Below, in pieces: positions 16,253 to 26,400 of a stretch of DNA of 41,781 bases; within the stretch, counting starts at the first letter, position 1; each line of letters starts with the position of its first letter. The position numbers were made by a program, and so were the translations under genes. The notes under the pieces are model-generated. The model searched no databases and was not told where the DNA came from. It worked only from the letters and a program-made list of their open reading frames with translations. Source of the DNA: Pseudobdellovibrionaceae bacterium (GTDB taxonomy: Bacteria > Bdellovibrionota > Bdellovibrionia > Bdellovibrionales > Bdellovibrionaceae); assembly GCA_039810425.1 (NCBI GenBank), contig JBDHWW010000026.1, positions 1-41,781 of the forward strand, in the 5' to 3' direction.

Positions 16253-18054
16253 GCTGACGGTTCCTGATAGCGAGGCAGATAAATCGTAAATGTCGTCCCG
16301 TGGTCCACAACAGAGTCCACCGTCACGGCGCCATAGTTCTGCTGAACGAAGTTAAGAACAGTACTGAGACCCAAACCAGTTCCTTGACCTTCTTCTTTAG
16401 TGGTGAAGAACGGCTCAAAGATTTTCTCATGCATATCTTTGGGAATACCGATACCTGTGTCTTCCACCGCGATCGTGACGTAGTCACCCGCCACGCAAAA
16501 ATCGGTATTCTCAGCCAGAGTTTTGTTTTCAAGACGGATGATCAAATCCCCGCCCTCCGGCATCGCATCGCGGGCGTTGATAGATAAATTGATCAGCACG
16601 TTTTCAAAACTGCTGACATCCACGCGCACCTGCCAGATTCCATTCGGCACATCCAAGGTCACTTTCGTGCGCTTCGAAGCGGCGACCTGTATGAGTTCCG
16701 ACATGGCGTTAATGACGGACGTTAAATCCACCGGCTTTGTTTCAACACCTTGGCGGCGGGCAAAGGTCAAGATTCTTTGAATCAAATTCTGACCGCGCAA
16801 GGTCGCGCTCTGAATACCGGTCACGGATTTCGCCGTCGCCGGGTTGTCATTAGAAACCCTGTTCAGAATCGCCACGTTGCCGAGGATAATTGCCAGAATA
16901 TTATTAAAGTCGTGTGCAAAGCCCGCGGCCAACTCCCCGATCAAGCCAACCTTTTGAATGTGACGGATTTGATCCTCTTGCTTTTCAATGCGCTCCTTCG
17001 CAAGTACGGTCTCAGTCATTTCACTCAGCAACCCCCGATAGCCAACGAACTTATTGTCAAGGTCGTACACCGGATTGATATTAAGGTTGTAATAATGGCG
17101 CTCAGATCCGCGTGGGAACGGCAAAGAGTAATCCTGAATTTTCGCCTGAGCTTTCAAGGCGACTTTGAGGTCTTCTTCAAGCGGCAACCGGAACAGCGAC
17201 TGGCCGGTTACGACCAATTTCTTCAAAGGATCGGTCTCCACCGCGTTGGAGCTCACGAATGTGTACTCGCCGACGGTGTTGGTTTCAAAGACGTAATCAA
17301 AGTTGTCGGCGATGATATCGCGGAAGCGGTTCTCACTCATCTTCAAGGCTTGATAGGAGCCTTGGAAGTTTCTGTGCATCAATGAAATCGAGTGCGCCAT
17401 CTCGTCGATCTCGTTATGGCCGCGCGAAGACGGCGCTTTTCCTTCAAGATCCTGAGGCTGCATCAAACCCAGCTGCGCGATCGAAGCTTCACGGGCCCGA
17501 GCCGCGAGTTGCTGGAACGGCTTCGTCACCAGGCGATTGAAAATGTAAAGGATGAAAAAGCTCACGAGCAACGTCTTTAAGAAATTACTCAGAAGCATGA
17601 TCATTCCCCGCTGAATCAAGCCGCCGTAGATTTGTTCCATCGTAAAGGTCACTGTGAGAAGACCGATATCATGGGCTCCGCGGGCATCGACATAGTTCAA
17701 CGGGAGAGTCTTTTTTGGTCCATCCGGAGCCACGCTATTGGCGAATTCGAAATCGCGAAAGCCTTCTACGGCAAGGTGAACCTTCGCCACCTGTTCAAAA
17801 CGCAAGATCCCTTTGAGCTGCTTTTGAATTTGGTTTTGGTCAAAAGCCCATGTGGAGGCCGTAAGAGACTCACTAAGAACGTCGTTGATTTCGTGGAAAC
17901 GCTTATCAAGGTGATCGACTTCGTTATTGAACTCCAAGTAGAGTTGAACCACCGTCACTATCAAGGTCACCACCGAGCTGAATAACAACGTCAGCGTCAG
18001 GAGCTTTCTACCCGTAGATGAGATGACCAAACGATTCAAAGACTTCCCCCACAA
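16249..18054 (-). CDS. Membrane sensor histidine kinase (HAMP, PAS-like, HisKA, HATPase), no receiver domain
   Basis: Two TMs, NEIDEMA HAMP, intact H-box AHDFNNIL, NLSINARDAM, DTGIGI, FEPFFTTK, GTGLGLS. TTG start with AGAAGGGG SD. Confidence 0.9.
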   Translation of the reverse strand: MWGKSLNRLVISSTGRKLLTLTLLFSSVVTLIVTVVQLYLEFNNEVDHLDKRFHEINDVLSESLTASTWAFDQNQIQKQLKGILRFEQVAKVHLAVEGFRDFEFANSVAPDGPKKTLPLNYVDARGAHDIGLLTVTFTMEQIYGGLIQRGMIMLLSNFLKTLLVSFFILYIFNRLVTKPFQQLAARAREASIAQLGLMQPQDLEGKAPSSRGHNEIDEMAHSISLMHRNFQGSYQALKMSENRFRDIIADNFDYVFETNTVGEYTFVSSNAVETDPLKKLVVTGQSLFRLPLEEDLKVALKAQAKIQDYSLPFPRGSERHYYNLNINPVYDLDNKFVGYRGLLSEMTETVLAKERIEKQEDQIRHIQKVGLIGELAAGFAHDFNNILAIILGNVAILNRVSNDNPATAKSVTGIQSATLRGQNLIQRILTFARRQGVETKPVDLTSVINAMSELIQVAASKRTKVTLDVPNGIWQVRVDVSSFENVLINLSINARDAMPEGGDLIIRLENKTLAENTDFCVAGDYVTIAVEDTGIGIPKDMHEKIFEPFFTTKEEGQGTGLGLSTVLNFVQQNYGAVTVDSVVDHGTTFTIYLPRYQEPSA

Positions 18055-18232
18055 GACTTATCCCCTTCTGAGTGTGTCAAAATGAGACCTTTAGAGCAAG
18101 TGGCATGTTCGCATTGACTCGGCGGCAATAAAAAAACCTCTGCATTTTCCGCCAAAGTCTTAGTTCAATTTTGTTACGCACGCTATCAACAAGGATTCAC
18201 AACAAAAAAAATCCTGGGCGTCCTACCCACAG

Positions 18233-18249
18233 AATAAACCCGAGAGGCC
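18233..18249 (+). promoter_or_regulatory. 17-bp element copy 1 (AATAAACCCGAGAGGCC), candidate upstream activator site
   Basis: Exact direct repeat of 19280-19296, starting 111 bp before a sigma54-type box. Confidence 0.6.
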
Positions 18250-18343
18250 GTTGGTTCATAGGCTGCAATCAGACACTGTGTATACTTCTTTGACAGGGGC
18301 GCGGGCCCAAAACCTTTATATTTTACTTCAACCGCGCCATTTC

Positions 18344-18359
18344 TGGCACTGTCTTCGCA
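18344..18359 (+). promoter_or_regulatory. Candidate sigma54 (-24/-12) promoter
   Basis: TGGCACTGTCTTCGCA with GG-N10-GC spacing. Confidence 0.6.
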
Positions 18360-18383
18360 AACATTACAGTGGAGGCTCTTCTT

Positions 18384-19229
18384 ATGAAATTAACTGCTCA
18401 CTCCGCCATGGGGCTTATCGTAGCTTTAATAATGTCATCGCAAGTATTTGCGAATGCATCCACGGCTGTATCAACATCCGGGTCGCTAGAGCCTACCCGC
18501 AGCCCTGTATTTTCCGGTTTCGTTCAAGCTTCGCGCTCGACAAGCCTTGTGGACTTTCAAGATGGAACTCACAAAGACGGAATGGACTACACAGCATATT
18601 TCCTATGGAAACTCAGCAAAGATTATAGCATTGGCACACAAGCCATTTACTCTCAAGACATAAATAGCCCTGAGGGCAGTGATTTCGCTGATACATTGAT
18701 CGTTTTGTCTCGAAAACCAACTCCACTTGGAAAGACAATTTTGTTGGGCTGGAAAGTGGGCGCTGTCGCGCCAACCTCCAAAGACTCATATAAGCGTCAG
18801 AATTTGCAAGGCGGTGCTTTGACTGGTGTGACAGCAATGGTTAATCCCGACCGTCTCATTCCGGGACTTGCAATTGCTGGTGGTGTTTCTATTACTAAAA
18901 ACTTTCATCAATATGATACCGCTACTAATGGTGCCGTAAACTCCGCTTGGTCTTCTACGCAAAGGGCCTCTATTACCTATGACTTTGCTGGCAGTTTTAC
19001 CATTTCAGCTGAACTCCTGCATCTGAATGCGTTGACCTATCAAGACAACATCAAAGAGTCATATCAACACATCGAAGAGTTCGGATACCAATTCAACAAA
19101 ACAATTTCTGCAGCGATCGGCCATACCAATTCAGGAAGCGCTTTGAAAGCCAACGGCACCGACAGCAACTATGCTTTATGGGATGAAAATACCTCGATGG
19201 TCTACGTTTCTTTGACTGCGGCTTTCTAA
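18384..19229 (+). CDS. Hypothetical exported protein, probable outer-membrane beta-barrel
   Basis: GGAGG SD at 18371, signal peptide (..SQVFA), alternating hydrophobic strands, C-terminal YVSLTAAF. Confidence 0.65.
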   Translation: MKLTAHSAMGLIVALIMSSQVFANASTAVSTSGSLEPTRSPVFSGFVQASRSTSLVDFQDGTHKDGMDYTAYFLWKLSKDYSIGTQAIYSQDINSPEGSDFADTLIVLSRKPTPLGKTILLGWKVGAVAPTSKDSYKRQNLQGGALTGVTAMVNPDRLIPGLAIAGGVSITKNFHQYDTATNGAVNSAWSSTQRASITYDFAGSFTISAELLHLNALTYQDNIKESYQHIEEFGYQFNKTISAAIGHTNSGSALKANGTDSNYALWDENTSMVYVSLTAAF

Positions 19230-19279
19230 AACGATCCGCGGATTTAAATTCTAAATTAAGAATGACAATATCCCCTTCT

Positions 19280-19296
19280 AATAAACCCGAGAGGCC
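19280..19296 (+). promoter_or_regulatory. 17-bp element copy 2 (AATAAACCCGAGAGGCC), candidate upstream activator site
   Basis: Exact direct repeat of 18233-18249, starting 111 bp before a sigma54-type box. Confidence 0.6.
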
Positions 19297-19390
19297 CCCC
19301 AGCAAGACGCCGCGAATTGTCGTCTGTTCATATGTTAAACAGCACAAGTAATGCCAAACCAAGCTCAGTGCACTTCAGGAAAATAGTTCA

Positions 19391-19406
19391 TGGCACTTCC
19401 AGTGCA
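19391..19406 (+). promoter_or_regulatory. Candidate sigma54 (-24/-12) promoter
   Basis: TGGCACTTCCAGTGCA with GG-N10-GC spacing. Confidence 0.6.
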
Positions 19407-19555
19407 TTTCACTTGAATAGGAGAGAGTTTTTAACCCTGTCCTCATTGTATTAACTTTGGCGCGGTTGCAATGACATATATGGAATAAAGAAGCTAAGTA
19501 ATGAACCCGTTTTTGAATTTTTTGTTTTTGGCGAAAGAATCTTTTTGGAGGCCCA

Positions 19556-22500
19556 ATGAAACACTTAGTAATCGCATCTCTTGCCTTTGGAATGCTGATG
19601 ATGACCGCATGTACAAAATCGCGTTCGCCCCACTTCGCGCAAGGACAAGGTGAGAATCTTTTGAAAATTTCCGACTATGACGGAAAGACTTTTGAGATTC
19701 AAACAGGATCGCCAATCGCAGCGCAACAGCAAAACTTTTCTAAAGCACAAACATTAGATGTTAAAGCAAAAGCTTTGGGTGCTGATGCATTCTCTGTTGT
19801 AAATTATGAAGTGAATGATGCAACGGCAAAGAAGCTATTGGGTACCACTGCGATCGTAGGTCGGCCAAATACCAAATATGACGGCTTGATCCGCGTAACA
19901 CAAAGCTATTTGAAAGTATTTAAGGTTGCTAACGAAAAGGACCTTCCAATCAACGAGGTCACTTACTCAGAAAAACTTTCTGACGGTCGTTTAGCCGTGC
20001 CGCTTATGGGCTATCCATTGACCGCAAAGGTTTCAACTGAGCGCTCCAAAAATGATCTACAGGAAAATACTTCGACCGTTATCGAAAAGTCGCAAGAAGA
20101 TGTGGCAAATGCGACTTACTTCCGTATTGACTATTCTAAGCCTGAGTTGTTTGAAGCCGTAGTTAAAACAGACGTATTGCCCGTGACCTTTTTCACTGGT
20201 GAATGGTATTATACTGAGACCATCACTTCTACGCCTGAGGCAGATGCAACGAATATCGGTTTTGGTGGCGGAACTGATACGGATCTTCAACCTTCAACCC
20301 GCGTGAAATTCATCTCTGACGAGCAATCTTTGACGGTCGTCAATGTGAACCTTGACGATCGCTTAGTTAAGAAACAAGAGGAAATCGAATATAGCACGAC
20401 AATGAGCATTCCTGTTGAATGGAAAGCATATAAAGTCAGCGCCAACGGTACTGGCATGTCCGAGCAAGAAGACGGTAGACTTCATTGGAGCAAACGACCT
20501 TACGTCCAAATGAACCTGGGCGGCGTTACGACTCTCGACAAATCCGGCGGCGGTCGTCTTGTCGCTTTGGAAGTGACGGATACCTATCTTTCATTTACCG
20601 TTGAAAAGAAAGATCCAAATATTCGCATTAAATATGCGTTCTTGCGCGTGCCTCCTACCTCGACATATGCGGCTAAACGCTATTTCCAAGACGACAAAAA
20701 GATCTTTGGATTCTTTCAGACGCACAAAGCCGTAGTGAGCAACTACGAGATCAGCCGCAAGGAGGATCTTGATAAGAATATTTTCATCTCTCGTTTTAAT
20801 CCAAACAATAAAGAGATCGTCTATCACTTTACTAAAACAACCCCACAATGGATTCGTCCTGCTGTGACCGAAGCTATCGAACATTGGAATCAAGCCTTCC
20901 AAGCCGCTGGCACTGCCATCTCGGTAAAATTGGATTTACAAGACGTCGAATTGGGTGACTTGCGCTATAACGCGATTAACGTTGTTGAGTCATTATCGGC
21001 AGCGAACCTATTTGGATTTGGTCCTTCAGTCACAGACCCAAAATCGGGCGAGATCATTTCTGCGACGACAAACGTACACTTGACACCAATCCGTGAGGCA
21101 ATAATCGAAGAAATTCGCACTTACATCGCAATGAAGTTGAATTTCTTGGATGAGGGTAAGATTTTTGGCATATCTTCACAGCTTGCTGGTTTGAATTTCG
21201 AAGCCACAGCCGGGGCAAAGGCGGCTAACAGCACAGCATCCGACAAACTCGCGGACAAAAAAACAAAAAAATCGCCGGAATTCAAACTTTACATGCCTAA
21301 CGAAAAAAATCCGAAGAAAATGGAGCTGATATCAATTAAGAAGGCCCCTGTTAACCACAGCTGTGACTTCGACGTCGCTATTGCCTCCGGAAATATTCAT
21401 CAAGAGATCGAACGTCAATGTCCCGAAGTTTTGAAATACGTGTCTGGCTTGAAAGGTACAAACCGCAGTCACTCCGACGAAGAGTTAGAAATTCTTGATA
21501 GCTGTTCTCGAAAGATGGCCATTGGAAAATTCTTGGGGACTTTAGTGCACGAGATGGGCCACAATTTCGGCCTCCGTCATAATTTCATGGGTTCAAATGA
21601 CGTGGCGAACTTCTGGCCAATTGAGAAAACGCTGCAAAAATCAGTCGTTAGAAGTTCTTCAGTCATGGAGTACCCAGCTTTTAACGAAGACCGTCTTGTT
21701 ATGCCAGGTAAGTACGATATCGCTGCGATCCGCTTCGGCTATGCAGATTCAATCGAAACTGCGAACAATGAATTGCTGAAGTTGGATGTCAATAAGAGCA
21801 TCGCGGCTAACTTAAAAGTGAAAGGCAAAACTGGCCACTCTTACAAATACTGCACAGATGAAGATGTTGATTTTTCAATCGATCCAATGTGCCAAAGACA
21901 TGATGCTGGCGTGACTCCGCTTGAAGTTGTTCGCAACAAGATCGCTGATTACCAAGCTTCTTATCAAACATTAAACTTCCGTCGCGAAGGCATTAGAGTT
22001 CCAAACGAACGTCGTCTTGCGGCTTATCGCATGTCTGATATATTCCTGCCATTGGCTCGCTTTTACAGCGAATGGCGCAGTGGTGTTGCCCGATACTTGG
22101 GCGAGGATGAACAATATCTTGAAAGATTGAATAAAGAGCAAATGGCGTCCGTTGTAGCGAAAATGAAAGAAGACCCGAACTTTAAAGTCTTCACAAATCA
22201 GTACAAACCCGCTGCAGATGAAATCTTTAACTTTTTCTACTCGGTTATGACGATGGAAAATCGTTACTGCGTAGTTAAAAACAGCGTTACAAGAATCCCA
22301 GAGCTTGTTGAGCTTGAAAAAGTGCGTTCACAGTTGTTCTTTACAAAAAAACAGTCACCACGCAGTTGCGCCGAAGCCGCAGATTATCTTGCGGAAAAAA
22401 AGCAATCACTAGTGGCTGAGATCGGATATTACCTGAATACGTTCCGCTACGACCTATCACCAAATCTAATTTTGGAACCAAATGACGTGGTTGGTACCGG

Positions 22501-23467
22501 TGCTGACCGCGCAAATGCGGCGTTAATTTTAACACAACATCAGCCGACTTCCGCGGATGCCGAACTGCGTGGCTTCGTGCCATCATTCATGGATGAGCCA
22601 GTGTATCGCGAGAAAATGACAAACTATATGCTTTACAGGGTACAAAGAGGTATTCCAGGCAATTCAATCACCCGTTATTTGAAGCCAGGCTCTTTGACAT
22701 CGGATGAAATGGATTTCGTAAACAAGAATGCCTTTTTAAACTTCTCTGCGGAGAAAGAGCTTATCGGTTTAGCAATCGATGCGACGATCACAGGCTTAGT
22801 CATTCCGGGCAAAGAAGAAGCATCCTACAAACGAATTGAACAGATTAGAGGCTACTTGGCCAAGCAGCTTGTCAGTGAGCAAAGAGCCAGCGCTGCTGCG
22901 ATCGCACTGATCCCAGGCGTAGGTTATTTTGTCGTTGAGAGTAAAAATGCGATGGATGCCATTGCGCTTGTGAACACCTATAATAGATTGAATAGATTCA
23001 AAAATCTCAACTATTTTGACGTAACAGATAAAAAGAACGCAGCACTGGTCGCAGCATTGCAAGGGGCGCTGCCATCAGATGTCGAGGCGAAAACGATCAC
23101 GGTTAAAGAGATGTATAAGCGCTATCAGGATTTGGGTAAATCTCTTGAGACAGTTGTTGATGAAACGACAGCTCAACAAGGTGCCTTCTTAATAAGCGGC
23201 TTGCAAACTCTTCAGTCTTTGTTCGGTAGCTTAGCTGAGGCGTTGCAAGATCCATCGAAAGCTGCCGATGCGAACAAATTGGCCGCAACACCTATTGCTG
23301 AAGTGTTTAAGAACTCCGGCCAGGAATTCTGGATGACGAAAGAGAATATTCTAAAAATCATCGCAAAAAACAATGATGGCTACGCTTATTATCAAATGAA
23401 TCGTATTGAACTCGATTCTCAGATCGACATCATGACTCAAGTTTTGATCGGTGTTGGCCGCCTGTAG
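19556..23467 (+). CDS. Large zinc-dependent metzincin protease lipoprotein (EcxA/DUF4953-like)
   Basis: Lipobox MMTAC, GDLRYN, GPSVTDPKSGEII, zinc motif HEMGHNFGLRHNF, Met-turn SSVMEY, YDIAAIRFGY. GGAGG SD. Confidence 0.88.
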   Translation: MKHLVIASLAFGMLMMTACTKSRSPHFAQGQGENLLKISDYDGKTFEIQTGSPIAAQQQNFSKAQTLDVKAKALGADAFSVVNYEVNDATAKKLLGTTAIVGRPNTKYDGLIRVTQSYLKVFKVANEKDLPINEVTYSEKLSDGRLAVPLMGYPLTAKVSTERSKNDLQENTSTVIEKSQEDVANATYFRIDYSKPELFEAVVKTDVLPVTFFTGEWYYTETITSTPEADATNIGFGGGTDTDLQPSTRVKFISDEQSLTVVNVNLDDRLVKKQEEIEYSTTMSIPVEWKAYKVSANGTGMSEQEDGRLHWSKRPYVQMNLGGVTTLDKSGGGRLVALEVTDTYLSFTVEKKDPNIRIKYAFLRVPPTSTYAAKRYFQDDKKIFGFFQTHKAVVSNYEISRKEDLDKNIFISRFNPNNKEIVYHFTKTTPQWIRPAVTEAIEHWNQAFQAAGTAISVKLDLQDVELGDLRYNAINVVESLSAANLFGFGPSVTDPKSGEIISATTNVHLTPIREAIIEEIRTYIAMKLNFLDEGKIFGISSQLAGLNFEATAGAKAANSTASDKLADKKTKKSPEFKLYMPNEKNPKKMELISIKKAPVNHSCDFDVAIASGNIHQEIERQCPEVLKYVSGLKGTNRSHSDEELEILDSCSRKMAIGKFLGTLVHEMGHNFGLRHNFMGSNDVANFWPIEKTLQKSVVRSSSVMEYPAFNEDRLVMPGKYDIAAIRFGYADSIETANNELLKLDVNKSIAANLKVKGKTGHSYKYCTDEDVDFSIDPMCQRHDAGVTPLEVVRNKIADYQASYQTLNFRREGIRVPNERRLAAYRMSDIFLPLARFYSEWRSGVARYLGEDEQYLERLNKEQMASVVAKMKEDPNFKVFTNQYKPAADEIFNFFYSVMTMENRYCVVKNSVTRIPELVELEKVRSQLFFTKKQSPRSCAEAADYLAEKKQSLVAEIGYYLNTFRYDLSPNLILEPNDVVGTGADRANAALILTQHQPTSADAELRGFVPSFMDEPVYREKMTNYMLYRVQRGIPGNSITRYLKPGSLTSDEMDFVNKNAFLNFSAEKELIGLAIDATITGLVIPGKEEASYKRIEQIRGYLAKQLVSEQRASAAAIALIPGVGYFVVESKNAMDAIALVNTYNRLNRFKNLNYFDVTDKKNAALVAALQGALPSDVEAKTITVKEMYKRYQDLGKSLETVVDETTAQQGAFLISGLQTLQSLFGSLAEALQDPSKAADANKLAATPIAEVFKNSGQEFWMTKENILKIIAKNNDGYAYYQMNRIELDSQIDIMTQVLIGVGRL

Positions 23468-23498
23468 AATCCTTGACGAACCTGCACCGAAGGAATCT

Positions 23499-26400
23499 CT
23501 AAGCCAGGTCCGCGACTAAGGCGGAACTGGTGCGTGCCGCGATTGAAGCCTCGAGCTTAACTAAGTCGAGGCTTTTTTCTGTTTTGATTTTCTTTTCAAA
23601 TGGATAGACGACCGCTAAATGAACTTGCGAGTCTTTTTGCACAAAGCCCATGCGGTGCAAAGCCCACGTATAGGCTCTGAGCTGATCAAAAGCCGTCGCG
23701 GCATAATCGCTGGAGCCGGTTTTGTAGTCGACAATCCAGATATCCACACCAACTTTTCCCCACAAGTCGATCTGACCTTGAATCCAAAAATCCTGATGTT
23801 GAAAGCTGAATCCCCACTCCACATACCCCTGCCGGATGACATCCAACAATGGGACTTCTTTCGTCGTGGCAATAAACCTCACCGCTTCTTTAAGTCCTTC
23901 ATCATCCAAGGTTTCCATCACAGTTTCAGCGTCGGTGTACTTGAGTGATTCGAAAATTCTGTGCGCTTCGGTTCCGCGATAAGCTTTACCGAGGGCTTTC
24001 TGCAAAACAGATGCAGGAATCGCCTGCGCTTTTGCCGCCGACTCCATTTCAGACGCAATCAGCTTAGTCACAGCCATCGTCTGATGGGTGCTTTCAAGGA
24101 TTTCGTTTTGCCATGGGCCGGGATCTTGTTGTTCTTGGAGCCCTTCATGCACTAGAACTTGTGGCTCGAAAGGGCCTTCAAGGATCGAATAAGCGAAATC
24201 TTTTTCTTGATGAGTTCCCGTCGTCAATTGCAACGGACAAGTTGCCGCCCAAGAGTTCTTCTCGGCTTTTCCAGCCCACGTCATTGTCAGACCGTCTTTT
24301 GCCCGCGTCAGCGCCACATAAAGCACGCGCAAGTGCTCTTGCAACTCGCGCTGATTGAATTTCTCTTTCACGCGGATCGCAAGGCGTGACGGTTGGGCCT
24401 TGCGTTCTTCCTCGTTCATCAACGACAAAGACCACTGCCCGGTTTCCTCATCGACAGAGAAAAGCTCCGACTGACTGAGACGTGGCTTTGAAGTCATGCC
24501 CAGCAAAATGACTTGCTCAAACTGCAAGCCCTTCGACGCATGAATGGTCATCAGATTCACACGTTTTGGCGCAATCACCGGAGTCGCATCCGAGTCTTCG
24601 CCACCGGATTCCAGATCCGGGCTTTCTTGCAAGCCGGCAACGAAATCGAGGAAATTAAATCCGGGGCTGCGCTCTTGTTCAAACAAATTTGAAATAAGCT
24701 TCCAAAGATTCGCTTCACGGCGGCCCGTTGGATCCAGTTTCTGGGCAAAATCAAGCAGACCAAGTTCCACCAGCATCCGGCGAAGAACGAAACTAAACCC
24801 GAGCCCCTGCGACATTTGCAGGTACTTCTTCATCACGTTGACGGGATGACGGGTTTCAGAGTCAGACACCAGCTTGAGCGCCTGACTCCAGAAAGAAAAT
24901 GCCTTACTATGGCAGTAACTCAAAATATCCTGATCCTTGATCGGCAACCACGGTGAACGTAAACATGCCAAGAAGTTCACGTTGTCATGCGGATTCACCA
25001 GGAATTTTAAGAATGCCAAAGCATCCTTCACCTCACGGCGAGCGAAATATCCGCCAGCCACGTGAATCTGTACCGGAACCCCATAGGCATCGGCCGCCTT
25101 TGCCAGTGACTCCAGCGCACTGCGGGTGCGTGAAAGAACACAGATCTTTTCCGCGTCTACACCGCTACTCATCAATTCCTGAATTCTTTCTAAGGCCGCT
25201 TGAGTTTCCTCACTCAAACCCGAAAGCACTTCGGCTTTTTCAATCAATCGCAGTTGAGCCACTGGATTTCGCACGTCCCCGAGCTCTTTCCCGGGGGCCG
25301 GTTCCATCGCCGCAAACTGATCGCTGGAGTTTAAAAAATAGTAGTTAATGAAATGTAGCAGTCTCGGGATCGAGCGATAGTTCACGAGCTTTTCCTGGGC
25401 CTCGCCACCCGACTCATGAACACTCAGCACTTTGTCTTGGAAAACTTCAGAGCGCGCCCCGCGAAAAAGATAAATACTCTGCTGAGGATCGCCAACCACG
25501 AAGCTCTTGCGATCACCAACCATGGCTTTTAACAGAGTCACCTGGACCGGACTCGTATCTTGATATTCATCGATCATCCAATAATCCCACTCGCTCGCAA
25601 AGCTTTGGCAGGCTTCCGGGGACTCATTGACGAGCTTCAAGGACAAAAGCTCCAAATCACCCATGGTGATGGAGCCTGATGTCATTTTCGTTTCAAATAG
25701 ATCCTTCGTGAAATTCCCGGCGAGCTTATGGAAGATCTCGTTCTTTTTTTCATGCTCCTCCCAATACGCGGGCAGGTATTCTGGAGAGTCCAAAAGATCT
25801 TTTAATGCCCCCACTAAACTCGCCAGCATGTCGCCGGTGTCGTCACTCACCGCCGGGTTCTTGGCGCTGAGTGACGGCTTTCGCGGATTATCGGCGAAGA
25901 AATTTTTAATCGCCAAAATAGCGTCAGGCGCTTTCTCCGCCTCCACACGTAAAGAAAATCTTTGCAAACCTTCGGCGTATTTTACCCACGAGGCTTGCTG
26001 TGTCTCGGCCAGAATCTGCTGACTGCATTCTTTACGAAGAGCTTCGAGTTCCATAAGGTGTCTCTGTAAATCCCGCGCAAACTCTTCTTTACGAATATAA
26101 CGGAAGTTTTTATATAAAAACGAATTCTCGTAGTGCTTTTGCAAAGCTCCTTCGAGCTGGCGGAAACTATAGCTTTCCAACAAAGACTCGTACTCTGGTT
26201 CGGACAGAATCAAACGGCGCAGAATCTTTCTGCGCACAAGGATCTCCTGCGGCCCTGAAAGAAGTTTAAAATCCGAACTCAATCCGATTTTGTTACCATA
26301 GCGGCCTAAAAAAAGACTCAGCACCCCGTGAATCGTTGAGATCTGCACTTGGGATTTATTGGTGATGTAATGAAACAGGTCCGCACGCTGTTGTTCAAGA

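Noticed and set aside
18059..19279. 11-bp repeat TATCCCCTTCT (18059 and 19269) as an att site or target duplication
   Set aside because: The first copy is simply the kinase SD on the minus strand. There is no integrase or tRNA, and the repeat is short enough to be chance.
18233..19296. 17-bp direct repeats as CRISPR repeats or IS ends
   Set aside because: Only two copies, 1047 bp apart, with no cas or transposase gene. Their fixed distance to sigma54 boxes fits a regulatory role better.
18329..19468. 11-bp inverted match CAACCGCGCCA / TGGCGCGGTTG as an invertible-segment boundary
   Set aside because: Too short, no recombinase nearby, and its sigma54-like look has the wrong spacing (7 nt).
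19410..19555. Possible riboswitch or sRNA in the ~140-nt protease leader
   Set aside because: Only a weak imperfect hairpin and no recognisable riboswitch consensus. An Rfam/Infernal search would be needed.
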